From: Fibrobacter sp.
Lineage (GTDB): Bacteria > Fibrobacterota > Fibrobacteria > Fibrobacterales > Fibrobacteraceae
Direction of reading: 5' to 3'
Assembly: GCA_024398965.1 (NCBI GenBank)
Contig: JAKSIF010000009.1
Location: 25,581 to 89,580 of the forward strand
DNA length: 64,000 nt
Of the stretch, positions 17,810-31,600 are shown one piece after another. The notes beneath the pieces are model-generated. The model made no database searches and was not told the DNA's origin. It saw nothing but the letters and a program-made list of their open reading frames with translations. Within the stretch, counting starts at the first letter, position 1. Each line of letters starts with the position of its first letter. A program made the translations under genes and the position numbers.

Positions 17810-19729
17810 CTATTTGGAAATTCTAGCTGAAGTTCTTGCAAGAATTCTGTTTCCCTGTCTTACTGTAATCAAGTAACGTCCTGCATTCAGTTGATTCAGG
17901 TTGACAGAGGTTTCCCTTGAAAGGAAGTTCTTGATCATGTTGCCCTGGATGTCGTGGATGACAATCTGGAAATCTCCACCTGGAATTGATCCTAGGAATA
18001 AGGTGTTTCCGATGACGGAAATTTTCATGGTTTGGGAAACTGCTACAGAAATAGCGGTAGGATCACTGGACTCAGAAGATTCTATGGAAGAATTTGAACT
18101 AGAGGGTTCGTCAACCTTGCTTGAACTACTTTCGGATTCCTGAGGCAAGTCAATTTTACCAGCTTTCAATGAAGAACTCATCCAGCCGATAGCATCGATA
18201 TTTGCCATGCCGTCCTTGGTGAGGCTGGTGAAGGTCAGTTCGCTGTAACCCTTGGGAAGTTCCACTTCAACCGCTGCGGTTTTCCAGGTGGTCCAGCCAC
18301 CAGTGGCGTCCATGCTGGCAGATTCCACCAGAACTTTTTCGCCAGCAGAAATGCTGAAACCTCGTGCAGCGCTGCCGCCGTTGGCGTAGCGAACGTAAAG
18401 GGTGTACTTGCCAGCTTCTGTGGCAGTAACGCCATAAGTTACGTAGCTTCCCACGGCGTTATCGACGTTGGCGTATCCGTCGCCGATAAATCCGGTGTTT
18501 GTCGTTTCAGCCTTTATGCCTTTGATGTCCACGGAATTTGCACCGTCAATGACGAAGGAACAGCTATCGCTTCCGCACATGGCTACAGGAGGCGGCGGGG
18601 GAGGAGGCGGAACGTAATCATCGTCTAGTTTTTCGATGGCGGCCAGGTAGGCTGCTTCTGTGTTAATCAGAGCAGTACCGTATTCGCCAGCCCACTGGTA
18701 ACCGGTGCGACGTTCCTCGGAAATCTTGGTAAAGTCCTGTGTCTTGGTGCTGGCTCCATCGCGGTCGCAGAAGAAGTAGTTGTCGTTGTTCACTTCGTAA
18801 AAACGATACCACAGAACGCTACCATCTCTCTTGTCGAATGTTCCTGCGCTCTTGTTAAAGTAAAGTCCGGTAACCTTGGTTTTCTTGTACCAGTTGATGG
18901 CACTCTTGACTGCCAGCTGAATTTCGGGAGTCTGATTAGGCCAGTTCATCAGGAACCAGACGACGCCTGCGGATTCGCTGCCGGACTTGCTTTCCAGTTC
19001 GTAGGCGCGTGCCGGGCGGGGTGCGTAATTGGCGGTGTCGTGCTGGGCGCACCATACGGTGGGAACGCCGTTGTTCACGATCTGAGCCTTCAGCAGATAA
19101 TTGATGGCCTTGTCCATGGCACCGCTCATTTTGGCGCGGGTGGCGTCGTCGATAATGTCGCTATCGAAGGGTGACGTCTTGTTGGCGATATCCATCATGG
19201 TCACCATGGCGCGAATCATGGCGTTGTCGTTCAGCGTAATATGATCGCTGTAGTTACCTCGCTTAGGCCAAACCTGGGGCAGGCCACCCGTGGAACGCTG
19301 CATGGTCAAAAGGAAATTTACAGCCTTGTTGAAGCTATTCTTGAATGCTGTTTTATAGGTGCTGTTGGTCGTTTCCTTGTAGCGCACTGCCAACAGTCGC
19401 ATTTCCTGCACGGTGGCATCATTATCGATGGTGGCCAAGTCGCCGCCGCTGGCAGAACGCCATTCGGACTTGTTGCCACTAGTATAAGGATTCACATACT
19501 TGCTGGCCATAGCCTTATAAAAACCGCCATTGCTGATCTGCCAGGTGGTCATGTTGTAGGCGTACTGGTCCAAATCCATGGAGCCTGCGGCTTTCGTTAG
19601 TTCAGAATAACCGCGGTAACTATTGATTTTTGAAACCGCAGTGGATGGCGGCTCGTAAGTAGCGCCAAACGCAGTCGTTGCGGAAACTGTAGCGAGACTT
19701 GCTAATGCCAGCAACTTGTTCATCTTCAT
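17810..19729 (-). CDS. Pectate lyase family PL10 (PelA type) with CBM35 and basic C-terminal domain
   Basis: TIDNDAT, ITLNDNAM, VWCAQHD, PRPARAYEL, WYRFYEV, RRTGYQW; poly-Pro linker; TGFIGDGYAN...YANGG...TGGWTTW CBM35; HDIQGN...GRYLITV tail. Confidence 0.92.
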   Translation of the reverse strand: MKMNKLLALASLATVSATTAFGATYEPPSTAVSKINSYRGYSELTKAAGSMDLDQYAYNMTTWQISNGGFYKAMASKYVNPYTSGNKSEWRSASGGDLATIDNDATVQEMRLLAVRYKETTNSTYKTAFKNSFNKAVNFLLTMQRSTGGLPQVWPKRGNYSDHITLNDNAMIRAMVTMMDIANKTSPFDSDIIDDATRAKMSGAMDKAINYLLKAQIVNNGVPTVWCAQHDTANYAPRPARAYELESKSGSESAGVVWFLMNWPNQTPEIQLAVKSAINWYKKTKVTGLYFNKSAGTFDKRDGSVLWYRFYEVNNDNYFFCDRDGASTKTQDFTKISEERRTGYQWAGEYGTALINTEAAYLAAIEKLDDDYVPPPPPPPPVAMCGSDSCSFVIDGANSVDIKGIKAETTNTGFIGDGYANVDNAVGSYVTYGVTATEAGKYTLYVRYANGGSAARGFSISAGEKVLVESASMDATGGWTTWKTAAVEVELPKGYSELTFTSLTKDGMANIDAIGWMSSSLKAGKIDLPQESESSSSKVDEPSSSNSSIESSESSDPTAISVAVSQTMKISVIGNTLFLGSIPGGDFQIVIHDIQGNMIKNFLSRETSVNLNQLNAGRYLITVRQGNRILARTSARISK

Positions 19730-20052
19730 AACATACATCCTTTTTTCACCATACACCATTATAAACTCTTCCAAATTATAATCTATGCAAAAAAGTCTAA
19801 AAGGGCGCTTTCACTCCAAGGAAAAGTTGTCTATAGACAACAGTCTCCCCAATCTAAATCTAAACTGTAAAATCCCCATTTTTTCAATAAAAACAGCATT
19901 TCCCCTTGTCAATTTATCCATATGTAGCGAAAAATGTAAAAAGTGTTTCAAATTATGTAGGTTGAAGAAAATCGTAATAACGAGAATGTCATTTTTATTA
20001 TAGGAATTGAGATTGGCTCGCTTTTTGCTAACTTTGGATAGTGAAATTTTAA

Positions 20053-22257
<2,205 letters not shown>

Positions 22258-22328
22258 GTAGCGGTTGTTTCTGCGCTGCAGTTTTATCCGAACTTTGTTC
22301 GGAGAAACTCCGGTGAAAATCAAATCTT

Positions 22329-22363
22329 AAAAGGCCTTGCGGGTTACCTCGCGAGGTCTTTTT
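22329..22363. terminator. Bidirectional intrinsic terminator after icd
   Basis: AAAAGGCCTTGCG...CGCGAGGTCTTTTT. Confidence 0.75.
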
Positions 22364-22383
22364 CTGAATCAAAGCGGTTCAGC

Positions 22384-22512
22384 TTACTTGATGTTCACCT
22401 TTGTTACGGAAGGTGCCATGTTGTTTCCTGCCACCTTGACGACGTAATTGCCGCGGGGGAGGGACTCTACAGAAATCTGGCTGTTTCCTGCGGAGGTTAC
22501 TACGTGCTGCCC
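22384..22512 (-). pseudogene. 3' remnant of a secreted-protein gene (basic C-terminal domain only)
   Basis: Minus strand reads GQHVVTSAGNSQISVESLPRGNYVVKVAGNNMAPSVTKVNIK*, resembling the C-terminal domains of the PL10/CE8 genes; no start or signal peptide upstream. Confidence 0.65.
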
Positions 22513-22596
22513 TACGCTATCGTTAACGGCAAGGTCATTACCTCTGACGCAAGCGATGAAAACCTCAGGTCCAAGAAGTATACCTTCGAAGACTAA
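22492..22596 (+). pseudogene. 3' remnant of an unidentified gene
   Basis: Reads GGYYVLPYAIVNGKVITSDASDENLRSKKYTFED* with host-like codons, followed by its own terminator at 22613-22646. Confidence 0.4.
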
Positions 22597-22654
22597 GGTC
22601 TAGAAACTTCAAAGAAAAGGCGCTGTCTACGGGCCGCGCCTTTTCTGTATATCA

Positions 22655-23047
22655 GAAAACTACCGGCAACGCCGGTAGTTCCGTAAAAGCCTTCTGGCGG
22701 TCATGATAACTGTTTATTGAGGTTTGGACCGCCGCTTTTTTAGCGATTTGGCAAAGAGGCGGTCTAATATCCTTATAATTTAGATTTGGACCGCCATTTT
22801 GCCTTGATTAAGACCGTTTTTTTGGATTTCAGATAGCAAAACGAACCAAAAGACGGTCCAAGAGAATGCTTTTAATCAAATGGACCGCCACACTTCTGTG
22901 AAAATGGCGGTCTAAAAATGATATTTGATGTACTTGGACCGCCAAACTGAATATTATGCGCAAAATTATGCAGGTGACAGATTATTGTGCGTGCCCTTGC
23001 ACACCGCTAGTATTGTAAGGCAACGCTCGTATATGAAGAACCACCGG
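22655..23047 (+). mobile_element. Non-autonomous IS200-derived element (MITE-like)
   Basis: 22655-22706 matches 34112-34163 at 49/52 nt (only the 3-nt hairpin loop differs); 22987-23047 matches 34724-34784 at 56/61 nt; no transposase between the ends. Confidence 0.85.
22696..22943. repeat. Array of four 38-bp palindromic units GGCGGTC-N24-GACCGCC
   Basis: Units start at 22696, 22758, 22852 (GACGGTC variant) and 22906; each has exactly 24 nt between the arms. Confidence 0.85.
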
Positions 23048-23268
23048 TTTCGCTCTGTCTATCCAGATGGGAATCCGTTTTTAAAATTTGAAATAAACAA
23101 ATGTGCAGTAGTTGATTGTGAAATGTAAACTGCCGTTTACGTTTTGACCCGTTTATATATATATTATAGAGTGAGGTATGGCTAAGACGGCATGCCGTTT
23201 TAGTTATATTGACAATGAATGTGAAGGCTTCCGATGTCGGAGGTCCCTTTGTTGCGTGGAGAGAAATC

Positions 23269-23853
23269 TTGAAAAGGCTGTACAAAAAAGGTTATACGCT
23301 TATTGAAGTCCTAGTGGTTGTGATCATCATAGGCGTTTTGTCGTCTATGGGGTATGCCGGCTTGAATCAAGCTGTAATCAACGCAAGAACTAAGGATGCC
23401 GCAAGAAACGTAGCTGCTTTCATAAATAGCATTGGAGCTTTGTCTACACAACAAAACAAGGCAATGTGCTTAAAGATTGTTGATGGAAAAACACTGGCTG
23501 CATACAAAGCCGATGATGCTGGTACAGGATGCGATGTGCAGGGTGGCGTTATAGACAAGATTACCTTAGAGGCTGCCTTGAAATTTGTTTCATCAGGAAA
23601 ATCTCCCAATAATGCAGTTACCGTTCTTTCCTCGAATTCTGCAGAAGCTATTGTTAAGCATCGCATCGGTTATAGCCCCTTCCGTGGAGTGTGCTCGTCC
23701 TCTACGGAGTGCTCTGGAGAGGGATTCTATTTAATTCAGTACGGTTCGACAGACTTGTATGCGGCTGTTGCTAAATCTCCCTCTGAACGTGCTGTTGTTT
23801 CGTTTTGGGGCTTTGGTGCAGATGAAAGCAGCATTGGTTGGAGTGAACTATGA
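23269..23853 (+). CDS. Type IV minor pilin, FimT/FimU-like
   Basis: Class III signal KKG|YTLIEVLVVVIIIGVLSSMGY with E5; probable TTG start at 23269 after GGAGA (ORF track start 23209). Confidence 0.8.
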   Translation: MKRLYKKGYTLIEVLVVVIIIGVLSSMGYAGLNQAVINARTKDAARNVAAFINSIGALSTQQNKAMCLKIVDGKTLAAYKADDAGTGCDVQGGVIDKITLEAALKFVSSGKSPNNAVTVLSSNSAEAIVKHRIGYSPFRGVCSSSTECSGEGFYLIQYGSTDLYAAVAKSPSERAVVSFWGFGADESSIGWSEL

Positions 23854-24317
23854 GCAAGCTGGTGTTTGGAAATAAACGTGGTATTGGGATTACAGAAATC
23901 CTGATTGCATCCCTTGTCCTGGGGTTCTTGCTTACTGCGCTTTTGCAGTTGCAGGAAAGCAATCGTCTTGCTCTGTTGCGAATTCGTTCTCGTGACGGAG
24001 CCGTTGATGTTGCAAGGGACGTGATGGATTCGCTTTCAGCAATTGGAATTAGCAGCCTAAGGGGTGTTGGTGACGACAACGAAATAAAGTTGCAGCGTTC
24101 AAGGTCATGGGAGGGTCAGCCAGGTTTGGTGCCCTACACAATAAAAGTGGATTATGATGTTACAGTCAAAGTGAGTGGAGACGATTTGTTCCACAGTACT
24201 GAGTCATCAAAATTTGAAACAATTGACAATGTATTTGCCAAGAAAATTGATGTCAACGTAGCCTGGCAATTTAAGGGAACTACCCAGTCCATAAATGTAT
24301 CGGGGGTATTACGATGA
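23850..24317 (+). CDS. Type IV minor pilin, PilV-like
   Basis: KRG|IGITEILIASLVLGFLL with E5; ATGA overlap with the previous gene. Confidence 0.75.
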   Translation: MSKLVFGNKRGIGITEILIASLVLGFLLTALLQLQESNRLALLRIRSRDGAVDVARDVMDSLSAIGISSLRGVGDDNEIKLQRSRSWEGQPGLVPYTIKVDYDVTVKVSGDDLFHSTESSKFETIDNVFAKKIDVNVAWQFKGTTQSINVSGVLR

Positions 24318-25609
24318 GTAGTAAAACTTCAAAGAACGGTTTTACCCTGATAGAACTGTTGGTCTATATGGGCTTGATTGGCATTATTGTTGTAATTGCT
24401 GGCGAAGCTTTTTCTAACAGCACGAAATTCCGCATTCGTACCGAAGGTATGCTGAAAGGACACGCTGAGGCTCAGGATGTTGCTGGAATTCTTCGAGAGG
24501 ACTTGAATCAGATGGGGGCAAAGACATCCTTTGAAACGGATGGGGCCGTCGTTCAGTCTGCCGCATACATTGACGCCGCTTCGGAAACGGATAAATCATC
24601 ATTTTCCTTGAGTAAGGATCGTGATACGATTGTCTTCAACAAAATTGTCTATGATGAGTCTGGCAGTGCACAATATGTACAGCGAGTAAGTTGGATGTTT
24701 GTTCCAAACAAGGGGTTATATAGAGGTTGTAAGACTCTTTGGCCGTCTAGCGCGGATCCTGCAGAGTGCCATTCTAGCGATTCGGATCCGGTCTTGATGT
24801 CGAACAAGGTACGATCGTTTAAACTGTGGCCTGGAGTTCGTCTAGAAGATGGAGAATCTGGAAGAGAAGATGTGTTTGCTCTGGGGACTGGTTTTACCCT
24901 TGCGCCTCGTACGGTTAGTACTAGTTCAACTTACTATCTGATGCCCGTTCTAACTCCGAATGCGGAGGAGACATCTGTTGATGTAAGAGGGTTACAGACT
25001 AACGATGGCAATAGTGGGACAAGAATTGCTTCTCAACTTTATTTGCTTGAAGGCGGTAGTCCAACGTTGAGCACTGATGCATGGAATAGCTGTAAGACAT
25101 TTACTTTTGACGCGTTCTCTACGTATGCCGTTTCCATGAATATTTCCTCTAGTTGCAGAACGAGTTCCCCAAATTACATGTGTGATTTCCAAGCAGGAGT
25201 AGATCATATTGGCATTGGATTTAGAACTCCAGAAGGAACTTTGATTCCTGGCATTAATGATTTTATGACTTATCCTACGCAGTCTATTTCGGGAGCTGAA
25301 GCGGCTCGATATGCTGAGTTTAGTGTGCCCACAAGAGTGGATAACGCCTGCCTTGCCATAACAATTGCGTTGTACTCACCAGAGGTCTACAAAGGAAACT
25401 TTTCTATTTCAAATATAACGATATTTAAACGAAATGCTTCCGAGTATGTATTCAACCAGAGTGTAGGGACTGCGGCTTATGGAGCTTCGTCTTCAGAAAA
25501 CAAAAACGAAGTGAAGGCATTTAAACTAGTAATGGATGTGTCTGTGAATAAAGAAGTTTCTCATGTTGAAAATATCATTCTGACACCAAACAACGGAACG
25601 GAAGGTTAG
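24314..25609 (+). CDS. Type IV minor pilin, PilW-like (large globular domain)
   Basis: KNG|FTLIELLVYMGLIGIIVVIAG with E5; ATGA overlap. Confidence 0.82.
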   Translation: MSSKTSKNGFTLIELLVYMGLIGIIVVIAGEAFSNSTKFRIRTEGMLKGHAEAQDVAGILREDLNQMGAKTSFETDGAVVQSAAYIDAASETDKSSFSLSKDRDTIVFNKIVYDESGSAQYVQRVSWMFVPNKGLYRGCKTLWPSSADPAECHSSDSDPVLMSNKVRSFKLWPGVRLEDGESGREDVFALGTGFTLAPRTVSTSSTYYLMPVLTPNAEETSVDVRGLQTNDGNSGTRIASQLYLLEGGSPTLSTDAWNSCKTFTFDAFSTYAVSMNISSSCRTSSPNYMCDFQAGVDHIGIGFRTPEGTLIPGINDFMTYPTQSISGAEAARYAEFSVPTRVDNACLAITIALYSPEVYKGNFSISNITIFKRNASEYVFNQSVGTAAYGASSSENKNEVKAFKLVMDVSVNKEVSHVENIILTPNNGTEG

Positions 25610-25610
25610 T

Positions 25611-28600
25611 ATGAAATTGCAGAAAAATAAAGGCGTTGCCCTTATCACAGTTCTTTTGTTTATGTTGGTAGCAACAATTGCTGCTACGGCCGTTTTTAAA
25701 TGGATTCAGGCCCAGAACCGGGCAAGCGCTTCTCAACTCAAGCAGAATGAGGCTTATCAGGCGTCTCAAGCTGGTATAAATGCGGCAAGGTCCTGGCTTG
25801 CCTATAATGGGCAAGAAACTGCAGCTTTAGTCACACAGTTTGAACGAGAAAAAACACCCATTCTCCTAGATTCTATGCTGACTCCGTTAACATCAAAAAT
25901 GCAGCAGGGGTATTCTGTATACTTGACGAATGTTGACGCAAGCAATGCATCGGATGTAAAGTTGAAGATTGTCTCTGTGGGCAAGGGACGACATAATTCA
26001 GTTTATTCCCAAGTGGCGATTCTTGGAGTAAACGGTTTGTATAAGGTGAAAGTCCCTGTTAAGATTTCTAAGGCGTCTGTGCCATATAATTACTCCTATT
26101 TTGGAGGTTCCACCACTTTCCAGGGCGAACATAAGGGAACCGCCATGTTAATCAATGGAAACTGGAGCGGAAACCCTGGCGAACTTGATGAGGATTTCAT
26201 TGTTACAGGAAATGTCTCATTAAGTGGTAATAAAATTGAAATCGGGAAAACAGCCTGTATTGGCGGGGACATGAATACCCAGAACGGTTCTATTGTCAAT
26301 GATATCTATGTGGGTGGAAAGTCTGTTAACATGGATATTTCAGCAAGGGGAAATGCCTATTTCGAAGGGGATGTTTTTGAAAAATCTTGTTGGTCATGGC
26401 CTGGAGGTTCCAGTTGCTCTTATAGTGTAGGTGCAAAGTCTGATACAATTGCCAAGAACATGACGTTGAATGGAACTATGGGACTGAATTTGCAAAGTCA
26501 CAATTTTGTTGTAGGCGGAAATCTTTGCTTAACCAATAGAGGAAAAATTGATTTTGGAACAAGCACGAGCAAGAAGTTTATGGCTGTGGGTAACGTGTAT
26601 ATACCTTCGGGTACGAACGCCCTTCAGCCTTTTGAAGATTGGAGTGATGAAGCTGATAAAAGAGCGGGCAGCCGCTATCTTGGAGGACCTGGTAAAGACG
26701 TATATGTTGCCACGGCAAATGTATGTAAAAATTCTGATCGTCAAAAATATAGACTTAGTAACTGTCCAACAACATATACACTGTATGATTACGAAGGAAA
26801 TGTCTCTGGGCAGACAAAATTCTCTAGCGATGGAAATGTAACCAAATCCATTCCTGCAACGGCTCCGTTTGAATGTGCAGAATCTGTCAAGGAATACTGT
26901 GATTCTAAATGGGAGAAAAAGGCTGGGGGATGCGATGGAAGCAAGTATAAGATCGACGACTTGCTGTCAGCTGGTTATGATCAATTCAAATCTTTTGCAA
27001 ATAAGGCGAAGTGCACCCAGAATGTGCTAAATTCCAGCACTACTGAATTCGATGCTTCTGCAATGAGTTCCTGCTACACAAATCAATTAAATGACGCCGA
27101 CAGCAACAGGGCTAACCTTTATAATGAATATATGGTTGTCCGCTTTGCTGGGGGAAGCGAAGACGGAGCTGCCAAAATACTGGGAAGTGTCAAAGGCAAG
27201 CTAAAGGGAAAGTTTATTTTCCTTTTTGAGACTCAGGTAAATTACAATATTTATATGCCCGAAACTACGGATGACAGCTATGTATTTGTCTATATGAAGG
27301 AAGGTAGTACTTCTGAAATTTGGCAGGGGGGAAGCACAGGTCCTTGGAACTACTTCTTCTATTTGGAAAAGAGTGTCAAAAAGTTAACAACATCAAAGGA
27401 TTGGAACGGATCGTTCTATGCCGCAGTAGGTGATGGCAATTGCGCTAAAATCAGTCAAATGGATGGTGGTGGAAAACTCAATTTTGACCCTGAACTAATG
27501 CAGGACATGATTGATGCTGGTATCATCTGCGCTTATGGTGAAGTGTGTACTCCGTCAACGGGTTCATCTACTCCTGGCAGTGGCTCTGGTGAAGAAAGCT
27601 CTGGAGCATCAGATGGTTATGACAACCAGTGGATTTCCTATGGCCCTCGTGTAAAAATAAATCTTGCATCTCAGTATGCGAATACGGAGTCTTTTGAATA
27701 CAGCGAACTGAATCCGTCCTTAATCGTAATGCCTCGCTTGATTTACCTGGCCAAGGACAAGAAACTTTACGAAAATGGATCTTACCAGTATTCCGTATTG
27801 TACTTGGGCGGTGCAAAAAATCCCTCGGATGAGGGAACCTTCGCGGGTGATGTCAGTTGCTATGTAGGAAATAAAGTGGAAGCTGGAGCCTCCATCGGAA
27901 AATCAGACCCCTTTACCAAAACTGGTTTGCATACTTGCTTATATAAGGAATATGTTGACGGAGTTCAGTTATCTTCTTATTTCTGGGTTTGGGTCGTTGA
28001 CGAATCTTCAAGTACCGTGGTTTCTTTCCCTTCTGCCTCAGATGAATTTGAATGTTCTGAAGGTGGCGAAACGAAACAAATTGCGGTAAATATTGCTAAC
28101 AGTGGAAATGAGGGAAAGCTAAAGGTTCTTGTGTACAATACAACAGGAAGTGGTATTGGTATTTCCGCAAATAGTTCCTACTTGTCCTCCAAGGGGGCAG
28201 AAGGTTATACCACAACCTATGAATTTAATGTTCCCAAGGCTACAAGTATTCCTGATTTGTTTACCATGACCATGAATGACTGCGAAAACGTGACGGGATT
28301 CGTCCAGTTCCAGATGGTCGACGACAATGCAGAAGACCTTGTTTTTGTAGGTTCTCCTAGCAATTTGCTTTATATTTTCTCAGGTCCTGAGCCTAATGTG
28401 CAAAGAGAAGAAATTTCTCAGGATATGACCTTGGACGCTCAAGTCAAGGATTCTTTGAATAAAATACCTGATTGTAAAGATATAGATGGAGGCATGATTG
28501 GAGAAGAGGTATGGAGTGCTCGCACCATAGAAAGTAATCCTGGTGGTTGTAAGAAACGCCAAAGTCCCTCCATTGGCCCGTGGCTTTGCAATGCTGGCGA

Positions 28601-31600
28601 GACCGTTGACAACATGACTGCAGCTGGTTATGACGAGGATCTGTGCGAAGTTGTTCAGACGAATCATCCTCAAGTTGCTGGCGGAAAAATTATGACTTAT
28701 GTTTACGCAAGTCTTAAAGCTCGCCCCTTGACCTTGACCATTGATGTTAGCGGCATTAAGGGTCGTGTGACTACAGATACAGTGAATACTTGGCATAAGG
28801 AAAGTCGGACCAATGTAGATGACACGGAATATGAAGTTGCTGTTATCGATGAATATGGCAAGGAACTTGGCGTCTGCCGTACAGGAGGAGCTGGCCAATG
28901 TAAATTTACCACTTATGCAGGCGGTACCTACCATCTGTTAGCTTCTTCCACAAACTTCAGCCACTATAGTGTATATTGCAACAGTAACGCTACCTGTACC
29001 AAGACTAAATGGTACTACCATAAGGGAATCAAGAGAGAACTTGTGGTAGTCATGAAGGAAGATACTAAGGTCAGGGCAAATTTCACGAGAACAGGTTATT
29101 GCTTTACTGAAGATTTCAAGCATCTACACAGTTACTGTAGTTATGATGTGACCCCGGTGGCTTACGCAGGTGGAGAAGAACTTTGGTTAAAGAATGGTAA
29201 AGGCGGGTGGGTTGATAAAGGTTCAATTAATGGTTATTTAAAAAATTTAGATGGGTCTGGAACGTTCAATGCCGTAGAGGCTACTGTTCACGATTATGCA
29301 AGAGGTCCACAGCTGGATGGGTCAACTGCTTATTGCATAGACCAGTGTGTGACTACAAAGAATTATCGGTATACGGGTAATAAGGAAACTGGTGTTCCCG
29401 ATGCAAAATTTCGATTCTATCCTACCATCTGTTCTGTTACGGGGAACAAGGATATTCCCGAGAATGAAACTGCTGCTTATAAGGAAGATCAGAATAAGGA
29501 TTACTGGAGCTATTGGGACCCCGGAGAAAGAGAATATCCTTCTCCAAAAGCTTCAAACAAACATTATGCTTGTGCTGTTGGAAAGAACGCCTCCGACCCG
29601 GCAATTAGAGACTGTGATCCGGAAACGGATCCAAAACACTGTATTATTGATGAATGTAAGGGACCTGCTCCATTAGACATGCCTAGAGTTAGGGGCGGCT
29701 ATTACCGCCCTGACGATCCCTATTCTCCCTGGATGCGAGTCTTGGGAGTACATATGTCCCAGAATGTGAAATCGGGACCGATTATCGGTCAAGATATAGG
29801 CTCCCAATGGAATACGGCTCCTTTTGTCAACAGAGACCAGGGATATATGACAACTGGTCATAATACAACGACTCCTGATGTTGTTATGCGCAAAGCTGCG
29901 GCTGGGTACAATGGTACCTATAGCAAAATTTTTAAGATTATGACGAATACAGCATCGTATTCTTGGGGTAGTGGCAATACATTTATATTTAGGTCTAACC
30001 CGTCTGCCACATCCTTCTACCACGCTACAGTAATTGCTGGTGACCAAATTGAAAAGTATAAGAACCAGGGTGTTTCCGCAAACGAAACCCGTGGTAGCCA
30101 TATTCTCGTATGTTATTGTACAAATGAAACATGCCCAGCCTATAGTCCCTACGATCCTCCGACAAGCGGTGAATATAGCCGCGGTTGGGGGTCTGCTGTA
30201 AACCTAGCCTCTCGATTCCGTGAAACAGGAAAAAAACCATACAACGATTACTCGAATTCAAATCCGGGAAAAGGTTTTAAGGATTTTTGGAACATTGATG
30301 GTGGTACTGACAATTTAGGGCACTGTGCAGTAGCCCCTGTTGTTACGAATATTCCATTCTCTGAATTGAAAGATCGAGTCCTTGAACTTAAGGTTGACTT
30401 AGATGAAGATACGGCATTTGTCACTCTGGCTTATTCTTCAGACATTTCCAATGTTGCTGGCGTTGGTATCAGCTCTTACATGGTGTATTCCAGGGCGTCA
30501 TTTAACCTAAACGACCCCGAACTCTTCGGGTTTAAAAAATCCTTGGGATACAAGGAAGAAGAAACCCCCATGTACAAATTTAAGCACAATGTGAATGGCG
30601 CTCAGGATTCTGCAGTTTATGTTGGATTCTCTATGCATGATCCCTATGAGCAGGTTTATAATATTGAATGGCGTTCTGGCGGTAACTGCGATACAAAGTT
30701 GAATATGCGTCCTCAGATCTACTGTGGATTTGAAAATAATGTGGCCCCAGTAAATAAGACCAAAATGCCTGTGTACTATGTGTATGACTACTGCCCCGAT
30801 GGTGCCGAGTGTGATTGTGATTATTCGTTTACTTTGAATGGAAATCCCTGGTATGGAACCCTTAGTGAAGTCCGTAACTATTCTTATGGTGAACTTGCGG
30901 TTTCTGCAAATTGTCGTGTTGTCCGTGATGGCATTGATGGCGCAACCCGTACAGAGGAACATGTCACGGGAGCTTGCAATGCTTTCTCTACCTATGATCC
31001 GTCAATTGAAAATTCTTGTACGGAAACATACAACATATTCCTTCAAAGAGAAGTTGCGTCAAAAAGCGATAACTTTGATTATATCGATCTGAATGAATCA
31101 AGGATATCCTCCATTGACAGAACATACGCTTTTGCGGATAACAAGGTGTCTGTGAGTGTTTCGCCAAACACATCAGTTGATGAAGCCAGCACTGCGACAA
31201 ACATTAGTGACCTCAATATGACCATTACATGTGGCGAAGGTAGCTGTGAATATGCCAAGAACTGGTACTTAAAGGATGCCTCCTATTATAGCACTACAAC
31301 AACTCTTGGGGTCAAGGAACTAGACGGGGTGACTTATAACTATCCGAGACTGCAAAGAAATGTTAATTTGGCTGGAACGAATTTCCCGAAACTTCTAAAA
31401 CTTGGCTTTAATGTGGAAGGTGCCTGGCATAATCCTGATCCTTCTCAAAAGGGTTTGCCTAACGAGTCTGGTGTTGATACCTTGTATCTAAAGCTAAGAA
31501 GTAAACTTGGGACTCCCTACCTGAACCTCCGTGATGCAGATCTTAGTTTTGATTTTATTCAAAGCTGGAATATGGATACCGTGCAGTATTGGCTGCAAGA

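Noticed and set aside
22696-22943. Palindrome array as a CRISPR array or integron attC cluster
   Set aside because: Conserved parts are only 7-10 bp and alternate in orientation; no cas or integrase gene is present, and there are no canonical RYYYAAC/GTTRRRY boxes. Kept as an unexplained repeat.
23154-23164. (TA)5 run upstream of the pilin operon as a phase-variation tract
   Set aside because: Too short to be distinguished from chance in AT-rich intergenic DNA.
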